This document shows, in pieces, positions 1 through 12,092 of a stretch of 64,000 bases of DNA. Location: positions 6,202,001 through 6,266,000 of the forward strand of contig CM075996.1 in the NCBI GenBank assembly GCA_038087875.1. The letters run 5' to 3'. A program made the position numbers and the translations under genes. This DNA is from Malacoraja senta (Eukaryota). Below the pieces are notes generated by a model. It was given only the letters and a program-made list of their open reading frames with translations, did no database searches and had not been told where the DNA came from. The number at the start of each line of letters is the position of its first letter. The first letter of the stretch is position 1.

Positions 1-1584
1 GGTGACTTTTCGGCTCAAGACCCTTCTTCCTTCTTCAGTCTGAAGACGGGTCTCGACCCGAAACGTCACCCATTCCTTCTCTCCAGAGATGCTGCCTGTC
101 CTGCTGCGTTACTCCAGCATTTTGTGTCTATCTTCGGTTTAAACCAGCATCTGCAGTTCCTTCCTACACACAAGCCGATTGCACCCATCGCCTCCATTTC
201 GTTCGTGCCAGGAGCTAGCACATACTTCAAATTAACAAACAAAGGCACTTTATTGCAAAATAACTTTGACTGTGCAAAAGAATATTTGTTGCAGCAAGCA
301 TTTAATGGCCAATCATATCCAAATGATTGGGCAGTCTTGTAAGGGAAGGTGGACCTGAATGAGTCTACACTCTCCGAGTTTGGTCAATGGGTGTTAATCT
401 GAATGCGAGGTCCTTAAAAGGAGTTGATGGGAGAGATGCCGAGGGAATGATTCTTTCCAAATGGAGTTATCTAGAAGTCAAGCTGAGTTTATGCGATGGG
501 AGGGTGGAAACGGGTAGATGGGGAAAGGGGACAAAATTAGAAAACTGGAAGTGGATTGTAAGGAGAAAGGATGGCGGGGGGGGGGGGGGGGGAACGCAGG
601 GGGTGAGGATTACCTGTAATTAGAAAAATCAATGTTCATACCATTGGGTTGTAGATCCGCAGGTGGAATATTTTTTTTTTTATTTTTTTTTTAATTTTTA
701 TTTATTAGAAGTACATTACATTACAACCACATACATTAATACTCGTCATTTATATCATCTTACAATTAATGTACTCCCTTTATTTATTTTTTTACACTAG
801 AGAAAGAAAAGATTGAAAGAGAGAAGAAAGTGAAGGAAAAAGTGCAAGTGTAGAAAAGTGTAGAAAATGTAACAACAAAAAAGGACGAAGACCCTATAAG
901 AGCGAAATTAAAAACAAAAAGAAAAAGAGTTAAGAAATAGGCCCTAAGAAAAGAAAAGAGAGAGAGAAAAAAAGAGAAACAAATGTTTTTTTTTGAGCAT
1001 CACGTAAATAGGACATACCAACTCTTCAACTATCATCCCCCCTTACCCGACCTCAATTTTTTATTTTTTTTTAAAGTACTTTTGCACCCTATGTTTGTAA
1101 TAATTCTATAAATGCAGACCACGTCAGGTGGAAGTGATCTGGTTTACCTGCTAGGAGGAGTCTTATCTCTTCAAGGTGTAATGTTTCAAACATATTTGAA
1201 ATCCACATATTTATAGTTGGTGCAGGTGGAATATGAGGTATTGTTCTTCTATTTTGCATTGGGTCTCGCCATGGCAGTGCAGAAGACCAAGAATTGACAT
1301 TATTATGGCAGTGGAGAGATGAAGTGGCTTGCATATGGGAGCACTTGGTCTTGCCGATGAAAGCATGAACTGGAGGGCATACTTTTAAGATGAAAGAGGG
1401 AACATTTGAAGGAGATGTATTTTTACACAGATGGTGGTGTGTTCCTGGAACACACTGCCAGGGATGGTGTGGGGGGCAGATATGTTCGTGGTGTTTAAGA
1501 AGCTTTTAGATTGTGAGGAATAATGGGTTACGGTTCAAGTGCAGGCAGATGGAATTACTTTAATTTGGCATCACGTTCGACACG

Positions 1585-1943
1585 TATCGCATTCGCTGCC
1601 TCAAAAAGGCTGGCAGTATCATCAAGGACCCACACCATCCTGGCCACACGCTCATCTCCCTGCTACCTTCAGGTAGAAGGTACAGGAGCCTGAAGACTTC
1701 AACGACCAGGTTCAGGAATAGCTACTTCCCCACAGCCATCAGGCTATTAAACTTGGCTCGGACAAAACTATGAACATTAATAGCCCATTATCTGTTATTT
1801 GCACTTTATCAGTTTATTTATTCATGTGTGTATATATTTATACGCTGATCTGTTTTGTAGTCAATGCCTTCTATGTTCTGTTGTGCTGAAGCAAAGCAAG
1901 AATTTCATTGTCCTATGACACATGACAATAAACTCACTTGAAC
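1585..1943 (+). mobile_element. 3' fragment of a Rex1/Babar-like LINE
   Basis: Translates to ...RCLKKAGSIIKDPHHPGHTLISLLPSGRRYRSLKTSTTRFRNSYFP..., the same family as the ORF at 50175-50675; ends in a short-repeat tail. Confidence 0.75.
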
Positions 1944-2341
1944 AATCTTAAACATGGACATCATGGGCTGAATGGCCTGATCCTGTGCTGTACTGTTTCA
2001 TGTTCTAGAGGAGGAAACATTGCATTGGGAGCACAGAATGCAGCAGATGAGGTTGGAGGAGGTGCACGTGAATCTTAGCCTCACCTGGAAGGGCAGTTTA
2101 GGTCCCTGGATAGTGGTAATGAATGAACAAATGTAAGAATAAATGTACCTCCTGTGTTTGCAGGGTCAGGGAGGTGCTCTTCATTCTGGTTATCTCCACT
2201 CTGTCCTGATGCAGCATTTCGACCTGAACTGTTTTCAATTTTGTTTTTTTAGTTTTAGAGATACAGCGTGGAGACAGGCCTTTTGGCTCATCGAGTCCAT
2301 GCCGAACATGTTCACACTAGTTTTGTGTTAACCCACTTGCT

Positions 2342-2395
2342 GGGGTGGGAGATTGCAACCTTCAAGTGGTCCGCCCTGTTTCGACGAATGCAATC
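2342..2395 (+). ncRNA. HDV/CPEB3-like self-cleaving ribozyme (predicted)
   Basis: Manual fold: P1 GGGGTGG/CCGCCCT (G1.U wobble), P2 GATTGCA/TGCAATC, P3 ACC/GGT, L3 TTCAAGT, minimal P4 T-TTCG-A, J4/2 CGAA with the candidate catalytic C at 2385. Confidence 0.75.
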
Positions 2396-2479
2396 AACCC
2401 GGTGTGCACAATCAAATAAGATCAAATAGAACAAGTTGTCCTACAACTTTAGGCTGTGCACGCCATACACAAGAAGCAG
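2342..2479 (+). mobile_element. Short non-autonomous retroposon with a ribozyme head and AAG-type tail
   Basis: Flanked by a 12-bp direct repeat AACCCACTTGCT (2330-2341 and 2480-2491); ends CATACACAAGAAGCAG; inserted in a SINE remnant. Confidence 0.8.
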
Positions 2480-3901
2480 AACCCACTTGCTGATGCACTA
2501 GGGGGCAATTTTCAGAGGGCCAATTAACCTACTTTTCAACATTTCTCCCTGAATGTTGGGGGCTGGGGTTTTGAGGCTGGTTAATGAAAGATCAGTCGTG
2601 CCTGGGATAAAACCTGAGATCATTAGTTGAGACTGAGGTCGGAGTTGGAGACGGGTGATTAGTGGCTATTCCGGGTTTTGGAACTTGGGTTTATTTAAGA
2701 ATTGCAGGAGTTAAGCTCTCCCGAGTAAGCACGTGAAGTTTTTTCAACATGTTGAAAAATGTCCACGAGAGCCCCGAGTACCTACGAGCGTCTATTACCG
2801 TAATTCTCCGAGTTGGAATCAGGGGAAACTCGGAGAGCTCTTGAATTAGCTTGTACAGTGGGATTAAGATTTTCAAATCGTGCTCAGGCCCTGGGTGTGG
2901 AAACTAATTTGGGGTTAGCATTTGCTGGGGTCATTTGTAACCATTTATGGTTTTTGGTGGGTTGTAAAAACATGTGGTACATAGTCATATAGCATGGAAA
3001 CAGGTCCTTCGACCTAACTGGCCCACACCGACCAGCATGGCTCATTTACACTAGGCCCACCTGCTGCCATTTAGCCTACATCCCTCTAAACCTATCCTAT
3101 CCATGTACCTGTCTAAATGTTGCATAAATGTTGCGATTGTGCCTGCAGATAGGGACAGTTTCAGGATTGGGATGCTTTTGGAATTCATGTGAATGTTGCT
3201 ATATTCTGTGATTAAGAGACAGCTCGAATGGAATTGGATTAAGTTTCAAGTGAAGGCCATGGTTAGTGGGTATTGATCCTTCCGTCTGCAATCTAATCAG
3301 AATCTCCTTGCCTCTGGAACTCTCCCAGTGACCGCGTGGGTTTTCTCCGGGTGCTCCGGTTTCCTTCCACATTCCAAGGACGTGCAGGTTGGCTTCCGTA
3401 AAACTGTCCCTCGTGTGTAGGATAGAACTAGTATATGTGGTGATCGCTGGTCGGCACGGACTCGGTGGGCCGAAGGGCCTGTTTCCACGCTGTATCTCTA
3501 AACCAAACACTCACATTACTGTTGAGAGCAAAAACGTCCCATGGGAGGCAATGGGGTTCGCGTTACGGAAAATTGAGATTACGGGCTGTTAGCTGGGTAT
3601 CTCATTCTCCAGGGTCAGTGTTTACTGAAATTCGCCGAGTCTCGTTCGTTCCCAATAGCATGAAGGGGAACTGATACTCCTGCGGTTCACGGTTGCGGCC
3701 CGTTCGGGAATATCTCTGGAAATACCCTGAGATAACAGGCAAATTATAGATAGCAGAAGGTCAGAAATTACCAAGAGTTCCGAGTTGCGCCGGTCAATCC
3801 CCCGACCTGTTCACAGTGGCGCTACTAGTTCCGTCTGGGGCAACATTAGCTTGCGAGCTGTCCGGCACGTTGAGTAAGGGTTGGGAGGAAACCCTAGCAA
3901 T

Positions 3902-3929
3902 ATGTTGCTATTCGCTGTCATGGTCATCG
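3902..3929 (+). CDS. Ig-superfamily receptor, coding exon 1 (signal peptide part 1: MLLFAVMVI)
   Basis: ATG with A at -3, hydrophobic codons, consensus donor G|GTGAGT at 3930, phase 1, lying in a locally CpG-rich segment. Confidence 0.7.
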
Positions 3930-4767
3930 GTGAGTATTTACATCTCCAACGTTGAATTTCTGTTCCGTGGTAGTTATTGGGAAGTTTCTCCGTGTAGCAG
4001 CGCCAGATAGCCGGGTTGGGCGGGATCACACCACCCCAGTTCCATTTGATGAGGAGGTGGCTGGAACCTCTCAGTCATGGGGTCCCCTATCTGCTCCACA
4101 CCAATGTCCCTCTCAGAGATCTATTCTTGCACCCTCCCACCCTCCCTCCTGTTTCCCACCAACACGACTCTCCTTGGCAATTTAACCTGGTAACATCTGC
4201 TCTGATGTCTCAGAGTCAACCTCTTTCCTGAAACATTAGGAAGTTCTGCTGTTTTTTATACAAATCCAGATAGGTTTTCTTGTGCTAAACTGGGCTCAAA
4301 CATGTTGCTGTTCAGATCTTAATATAATTTCATAGTCATAGAGCGTGGAAACAGGCCCTTCGGCCCAACTTACCCACATGCCCCATCTACACTAGTCTTA
4401 CCTGCCTGTGTTTGGCTCATAATCCCTCTAAACCTATACTATCCATATACCTGCCAAAATGTTTTTTTTTAAAGTTATGATAGTACCTGCCTCAACTGCA
4501 TCCTCTGGCAGCTCATTAGAATCATAGAGTGTGGAAACAGACCATTCAGCCCAACTTGCCCATACCGGCCAACATGTCCCAGCTACACTAGTCCCACCTA
4601 CCGGCGTTTGGCCCAGATCCCTCCAAACCTGTCCTGTCTACGTAGGATCCATAATCTGCACACAGCTCCGACAAAATTAGTATTAAGGCTCTGAATGTTG
4701 AATAGCTTTGTTCTGACTCTCTCTGGATAGCTCTGATTTTAATTGTTCAAATTATTTTCCAATACAG

Positions 4768-4803
4768 TTCATGTATCTGGGTGCAGGAGTGCTGAAAGCC
4801 GAG
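4768..4803 (+). CDS. Ig-superfamily receptor, exon 2 (36-nt mini-exon, signal peptide part 2: VHVSGCRSAESR)
   Basis: Acceptor ttttccaatacag, donor GAG|GTCAGT, exactly 36 nt, phase 1-1, in frame with both neighbouring exons. Confidence 0.7.
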
Positions 4804-5944
4804 GTCAGTGTCTGAATCTAAACTATCTGAAGAAATTATCTGATGAAATTAAGATGCTGTAACTCCATAGTACTGTTTTAATGTGGAGCATAGAATATAA
4901 AAGTATGCAAGTCATGGTACAACTTTATAAAACATTTGGTTAGTCTGCAGATGGGATATTGTGTTAATGTTTAAGAAGGAACTGCAGATGCTGGAAAATC
5001 GAAGGTAGACAAAAATGCTGGAGAAACTCAGCGGGTGAGGCAGCATCTATGGAGCGAAGGAAATAGGCAAAGTTTCGGGCCGAAACCCTTCTTCAGAACC
5101 ATGTCTGGTTGCCATGTTATAGTAAGGATATGTATGTACTGGACAAGGTGCAGAGGAGATTTGCTATGATTTTGCCTTGGGTGGGATGTTTCAAGAGAGA
5201 TCAGATTGACTGGGATTGTTTTCCTCGGAGCAGAGGAGGCTGAGGGGAGAACTGATAGACATATACAAGATATGCAGGGCACAGATAGGGATATTGAGAA
5301 CTACTTTAAAACTAAAGCCATCTAAAACCAGAAGGTATAGGTACAAAATGCTGGGGTAACTCAGCGGGACAGGTAGCATCTCTGGAGAGAAGCAATGGGT
5401 GACGTTTCGGGTTGAGACTCTTCTTGACTCTCAGTCTGAAGAAGGGTCTCGACCCGAAATGTCACCCATTCCTTCTGTCCAGAGATGCTGCCTGTCCTGC
5501 TGAGTTACTCCAGCATTTTGTTTCTACCTTCGGTGTAAACCAGCATCTGCAGTTCCTTCCTCCACATAAGGTATATGTTTCAGGTGAGGAAAAGGAAGGT
5601 TGAGAGGGGATTTGATGAGTTTTTTCCCCCACTCAGAGAGCCGTTGCAATATGGAACAAATGCCTGAGAAGGTTTTGGAGGCATCACAATGTTTAGAAAG
5701 TGCATGACTGAGTATTCAAATCACCAAGGCATAGAAGGCTATGGAACATGTAATGTTAAATGGGATTATTGGATGGTCAGCATGGACAGGGTGGGATGAA
5801 GGGTCTGTTTCTATGCTGTATGACTCTGACTCCTTGGAGTTTATTGGTCTTCGGCAATTAAATCAGAGCTCGAGTATTGTGAACCATACTGGACATCAGA
5901 TAGTTGGAAAACTCCAAGACTTTCTAAAGCTCCAGCAACTGGGG

Positions 5945-6705
5945 TAGGGGTGGGGAACCTGCGGCCTTCTAGGCCATTAAGTGCGGCCTTTTGAATGAAT
6001 CCAAATTTTGTAGAACAAATCCTTTTATTTTTATTAGTATGTTTTTGTTTGTCTTTTATTATTTTTATTTTAATCTTAAAATGAACGTATTTAAAATACT
6101 AAAGAGTAAAAGAAGATTCAAGAAAATAATCCTCCCCGACTGATGGCCACAATCAAAGATCCTATAGCGAGGAAGATAGATCACTTGACGAAAAAGACGT
6201 AGTACGGTCAGGGGCAAATTCATGGGTAATTTTAGGCCCCATTTCCATAACCGGCTTCCGTCTCCACACCAAAGATCCCATAGCGGAGCAAAGATACTAG
6301 TGCGGTGACGGAAGCCGGTTACGGAAACAACCTCGTAAAAATAAAAGTTATTTGGTAAAAATCTTCTCCTCATTTTCAGAATTTTAATTTATTAACACAA
6401 ACTGTCCCCCGCAACGTTGATTACACTGCGGGTCGGGTCGGGTTACAGAAATGGATGAAAAAAAAGCCCACGTTCCGCTCCGTTGCGTACTACACGTCAG
6501 CCCATTGCATTTAGCAGGAGTGGTCTATCTTGCTCCGCTATAGGATCTTTGGCCACTATTAAAACATTAGTAAGTCATGAGGGCTATTTTAACAAAATAA
6601 TGTACATTTTGAAGTTATATCTAATTGAAGTTTCTTGGATGCGGCCTTATTAGATTACAGCTAACTTAATGTGGCATTCCAACATGAAAAGGTTCCCCAC
6701 CCCTG
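5945..6705. mobile_element. Non-autonomous hAT-like DNA transposon carrying a nested insertion
   Basis: TIRs (T/C)AGGGGTGGGGAACCT ... AGGTTCCCCACCCCTG; 8-bp flanks AACTGGGG / AACTGAGG (1 mismatch). Confidence 0.75.
6154..6551. mobile_element. Nested TIR element with 8-bp TSD (P-like or hAT superfamily, unresolved)
   Basis: TIRs CAAAGATCCTATAGCG ... CGCTATAGGATCTTTG; flanks GCCACAAT / GCCACTAT; an extra internal TIR copy near 6270. Confidence 0.7.
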
Positions 6706-7083
6706 AACTGAGGTTTAAACCTGACCTCTGACGCTGTGCGTCTGGAATTTGCATGTTCTCCCCATCATTGTTTGGGTGTCGCACATCCCAAACTCATGCT
6801 CGTAGATTAATTGCTTGCTGTAAATTGTCCCTAGCATCGGTGTCTGTAGGGAAAATAGGGAGGGGGTGGATTTGGAGAAAAGATTGGTCAGATTACTCCG
6901 AGAGCCAGCATAGACCAGATGGGTCAATTAGTCACCTTTTCTGTCCCAAGGAAATATGAAAAATATGGGAAAGATAAGTACGAGGTTTATTAGGATGATA
7001 TTAGCTATGTGGGAATCTGTTGATGTGGAGTGCATTAAGAAGCAGAGATGATTAATGGGAACCTGACATGAATATTTTTAAAT

Positions 7084-7700
7084 AGAAACATAGAAACATA
7101 GAAAATAGGTGCAGGAGTAGGCCATTCGGCCCTTCGAGCCTGCACCGCCATTCAATATGATCATGGCTGATCATCCAACTCAGTATCCTGTACCTGCCTT
7201 CTCTCCATACCCCCTGATCCCTTTAGCCACAAGGGCCACATCTAACTCCCTCTTAAATATAGCCAATGAACTGGCCTCAACTACCTTCTGTGGCAGAGAA
7301 TTCCACAGATTCACCACTCTCTGTGTGAAAAATGATTTTCTCATCTCGGTCCTAAAAGACTTCCCCCTTATCCTTAAACTGTGACCCCTTGTTCTGGACT
7401 TCCCCAACATCGGGAACAATCTTCCTGCATCTAGCCTGTCCAACCCCTTAAGAATCTTGTAAGTTTCTATAAGATCCCCCCTCAATCTTCTAAATTCTAG
7501 CAAGTACAAGCCGAGTCTATCCAGTCTTTCTTCATGTGAAAGTCCTGCTATCCCAGGAATCAGTCTGGTGAACCTTCTCTGTACTCCCTCTATGGCAAGA
7601 ATGTCTTTCCTCCGATTTGGAGACCAAAACTGTACACAATACTCCAGGTGTGGCCTCACCAAGACCCTGTACAACTGCAGTAGAACCTCCCTGCTCTTAT
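7084..7700 (-). mobile_element. 5'-truncated CR1-clade LINE (ORF2 C-terminus plus 3' UTR)
   Basis: ORF 7180-7674 LVRPHLEYCVQFWSP...RRLRGDLIETYKIL...FFTQRVVNLWNSLP is the typical CR1 ORF2 tail; (TTCTATGT)n-type terminus. Confidence 0.9.
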
Positions 7701-9041
7701 AAATAATGAAGGGGGTTGAGTTTAATTACAGGGTAATGCTTTCCTCAGGAACGTTGGCCTGTGACTAGTGCTCTGAAAGCAAAAATGATTGTCAGAGGAC
7801 AAGTAAGAACACACTTCCTTTACACAGGGCGTTGTTAAGATCTGAAATGCATCTGAAAGGATAGTCAAAAGGATTAGACAGTTATTTAACTATCAATATA
7901 CACAGGATCATGAATTAAAGGTGAGGCTAATGGTCTAGTTCTTTAAGGAAGCTTGCAGAGACATGATGGGACACTTTGGTCTGTCTGTGGTTCATTTCTA
8001 TGCTTCTGTAGGTAGACAAAAGAGCTGGAGAAACTCAGCGGGTGAGGCAGCATCTATGGAACGAAGGAAATAGGCAACGTTTCGGGCTGAAACCCTTCTT
8101 CCTCACCTGCTGAGTTTCTCCAGCACTTTTGTCTACCTTCGATTTTCAAGCATCTGCAGTTCCTTCTTGAACATTTTATCTACTCCACTGCGATATCTCC
8201 TCAAGGTATGCCTACTTTGAAGGCTCCATAGATGCTACCTCACCCGCTGAGTTTCTCCAGCACTTTTGTCTACTTTCGATTTTCCAGCATCTGCAGTTCC
8301 TTCTTAAACATTCTATGTTTCTGTACCTCTGCCATGATGTATAATTATACATTGAAAGTTGTGGATCAGTGTAGCCAATGCAGTTAATCATTTTAAAGAA
8401 TTGGGTAGTTCTGCTTTAATGTATGTTCCATTACATGATTTAAATTTAAGATGATCGATAAATTAGGGAATGCTATTTGCATTACATGGGCAGAGTTAGT
8501 TGTAAAGAGTTAATAAGTGGGTTAATAAGTTAATAAGTTAATAAGTAACTTAAAAGTTACTTTGGAAATTCAGGTGCAGAAAAAAGCTGTCTTGGAAAAA
8601 GCACAGTCTATGGGAAAAAAACAGTTTCCATGAAACCTCCCCCATAGTAATTGGGGACAATGTCTCTTAAAAACTAATTCTGTAAGTCTCAAAACAGGTG
8701 GCCATTAAATTGTCAAGCAATTGCTTCTACTGACCTTTGTACAATGATACTCTACTAGACAATGTAACAGAGCCATTAGTATTTTTTAGCTAGCATTATC
8801 ATAAGTAAAATTATTGCTATTTAAAAAGGCAATTATTTTTTTAATTCCTGTTGGGGAGAAAAGCTTTTTTAATGCAAGTGTGAAGCTCTTTAGCCCCTAA
8901 TTCCCCATTGGTTTTGTAACGTGATTTTCTATGATACGTTATGGCAGAGCTACCTGTATTTCAAGCTTTTCGTAACCAACTTGTTGAATTTATCACAGTT
9001 TGCCTGAAAATGTTTCCATTAATCCAATATTTATTCTTCAG

Positions 9042-9338
9042 CACTTGTAGAAGCTCCTAAACCCACACTGCGTGCGATCAACTCATTGCATAGTTCAACG
9101 CTGGGAGACTGGATTACATTCACATGTGTAGCGCCTGGTCCAGAGGTACCCACACGCTTCATGGTGTACAAAGATGGAATGAACCTGCAATTCACAGAAG
9201 AAGTGGGAAATAGTTCTGTCATGGCCTTCGAGATCAAACTTGTAACAGTCTACGATTCAGGCCATTACTTCTGTCAGTATCAAACCACTAACTCTACGCT
9301 ATCAAAGCACAGTGAATATGTGCAGCTAACTGTGAGAG
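9042..9338 (+). CDS. Ig-superfamily receptor, exon 3 (C2-type Ig domain, LRC/LILR/A1BG-like)
   Basis: Acceptor ttattcttcag (alternative in-frame AG at 9049-50), donor G|GTGAGT at 9339, phase 1-1. Translation LVEAPKPTL...WITFTC...FMVYKDG...FEIKLVTVYDSGHYFCQY...SKHSEYVQLTVR; 48 residues between the two Cys; DxGxYxC motif. Confidence 0.9.
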
Positions 9339-10018
9339 GTGAGTAACACTTTGCCCTGAGGCACTGTTCCAGTGAAACTCAATGTAATCTCAAGAGACAC
9401 CATCTCATTCTTCAACTGCACACATAACAGTCACGCTGAATCAACAATTTGATCCTACTGCAACAACTTCCCATCTGATCACTTCCTCTTCCCCATCCAC
9501 CAGTATTGCCTTCCTCTGTAGCTCCTTTTGGCCTCTAATTAAAGAACACAGAACAGGAACAGGCCCTTCGGCACATAAGGTCCGTGGCAAAAATGACGCC
9601 AAGTTAAACAAGGCTCCTCTGTCTGCACATGATCCATATCCTTCCAAACCCTGCAATATCATTTGCTTATTCAAAAGGCTCTTAAAGAAGTTGAACAACT
9701 TCAGACCATCACCAGTGCTCTAGACTGCAGTGCAGACCTGAAAGTACCACGTTTCTTACATGTGCTGGTTTACACTGAAGATAGACACAAAATACTGGTG
9801 TAAGTCAGCAGGTCAGGCAGCATCTCTAGAGAAAAGGAATAGGTGACATTTTGGGTCGAGACCCTTCTTCAGACATTCTTACATCTTCAGTCATATCACT
9901 AACAATATCCTCTTGTACACATCATCATGGCCACATTCATAATGGTGTACCTTGTGGGTTGTACATACTTTCTTTTACTTCAGCTGTAGTTGTTCTGGGA
10001 TTGACACAAACAGACTTA

Positions 10019-10514
10019 AGGGCCTGTCCCACGGGCATGCGACTGCATGCGGCAAGCGCGACCTAACGTGGTCGCTTGACCCGTACGGCCTCGCGGGGCC
10101 GGTCCCACTTCGATCGCCGGAGCCGTATGGAGTTGTGCGGAGCTGGTCCCTACATCGCGCGGGGCTCCGAAAAACTGACACTGTTCAAAATTTCCGCGCG
10201 GCAACGGCCTGCCGGCCCGCAGCCGCCTCGACGCCATACGCACCGCCTCGACGGGCATGCGCAGCATCTCGACGCCGTACGCAGCATCTTGACGCCTTAC
10301 GTCACTCGCGAACATCCTGCGGACTTCGCTCGAACTTCACGTCACTCAATCGACCTCCGCGCGGCCCCCGCTTCCGGTTTGGTCGCGATCGCCGCATGCA
10401 GGCGCATGCTCGTGGGACCGGCCCTGTACGGGGATCACTCGGCCTCCGCGCGGCCCCCGCTTCCGGTTTGGTCGCGCTTGCCGCATGCAGTCGCATGCTC
10501 GTGGGACAGGCCCT
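10019..10514. mobile_element. PIF/Harbinger-like MITE (CpG-rich subfamily)
   Basis: TIR AGGGCCTGTCCCAC ... GTGGGACAGGCCCT with TTA on both sides; internal duplication. Confidence 0.8.
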
Positions 10515-11669
10515 TTACTTTCACCACTCTGCAGTGTGTGACTCTTGCCATTCACACCTCCTCTGCACCCTTCCTTTGTTTCCTTACCGGTCCCTTGCAC
10601 CATCATGCCTATTGTCATTACATCTGTTTTCTCTTCCACCATGGCACTGACCTGCCCATCTGATCTCTTCCTCCAAAGACAGACACAAAATGACAGAGGA
10701 ACTGAGCGGGACAGGCAGCATCTCTGGAGAGAAGGAACGGGTGACGTTTCAGGTCGAGACCCTTCTTCAAACTGAGAGTCAGGGGAGGGTGAGATACAGA
10801 GATAAGGAAGTGTATGGTGTGTGAGCGAGAAGTGTATGGTGTGTGGAGATCCAAGGAAAATGTAGAATAGATCATTCTTGGCTAGGAGAATGTAACAACA
10901 AAGCAAACAGAGATAAAATGTAATCGAGGGACGGTCGGAGAACTGGGAAGGGGGAGGGATGGAAAGAAGGGAAAGCCAGGATTACTTGCAGTTAGAGAAG
11001 TCAATATTCATACTGCATATAAGCTGCCCAAGTGAAATATGAGGTGCTTCCTCCTCCTATCCACCAACTTTCCTTTGCTCTGTACTTCCTTTATGCCTCT
11101 AATTATAGAACACAGAACTGTACAGCGCAGGAACTGGCCCTTCGGCCCATAATGTCCGTGCCGAACATGATGACAAGTTAAACTAATCTCTTCTGCCTGC
11201 ACGTGATCCATATCCCTCAGTTCTCTGCATATCCATCTGCCTATCTAAAAACCTCTTATATGCCATTTCTACATCTGCCTCAACCACCACCCCTGGCAGC
11301 GCACACCAGGCACCCACCTCTCTCTGTGCAAAAAATACTTGCCCCGCACATCTCTTTTAAACATTGTCCCTCTCTGCTGAAATCTATGCCCTCGATACTT
11401 TGACCTTTCTACCCCGGAGAAAGGTTCTGACGATGTACCCTATGTATGCCTCTCGTAATTGTATAAACCTCTTTCAGGTCTCCCCTCAGCCTCCGACACT
11501 CTGGAGAAAACATTCCAAGTTATTTCCAACCTCTCCTGATAGCTAATACCCTCTAATCCAGACAGCATTTTGGTAAACCTCTGATATGTGCTCTCCAAAA
11601 TCTCCATAACCTTTCTGCAATGGGATGACCAGAATATCACCAATATATTTGTGTTCTGAATAATGGTCA

Positions 11670-12092
11670 GTGAGCAGGTGCTTTAGACCTGCACAGGGAG
11701 GTAGACACTCCCGCCCCCACGAGTCTAGGGCAGATGGGGCTCGTCAGCCTGGGAAGGCGGTCCATCTAGTAGAGGGGAAACTCTGATTTAAAACCTCCGC
11801 TGCCTTGTGGCCATATCCAGTCATGGAAAAGGCTCCAGGAGTAAACCTCAAGAAAATCCGGAGTCGGAGCCCCTAAGGCAGTTTGTCATTGTTTACAACC
11901 TCGCTCTGGCAGCTCCTGCGACGGCGCTGGTGCCAAACTGTAACGGCCCTGCTGTTCCTTTGGATCGATCAGCGACGTGGAGCAGGGGGACGTGCTGCAT
12001 GGGCAACAGCCTGTCCTCCATATGACATCGCCCAGGCTTGCATCCGACCAGGATGCATCACCCATGGTCAGTCATGACCGAGGGGGGCCTAC
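11670..12092 (+). mobile_element. TSD-flanked non-autonomous retroposon (possibly RTE-related)
   Basis: 9-bp direct repeat TAATGGTCA at 11661-11669 and 12093-12101; ends GGGGGGCCTAC; GC-richer than its flanks. The clade assignment is tentative. Confidence 0.55.

Noticed and set aside
3895..3910. Small hairpin TAGCAA-TATG-TTGCTA enclosing the receptor start codon
   Set aside because: Only a 6-bp AU-rich stem, which is expected by chance.
9952..10663. Overlapping 195-232 aa ORFs
   Set aside because: They coincide with a GC-rich palindromic MITE that is poor in stop codons, and show no recognisable domain.
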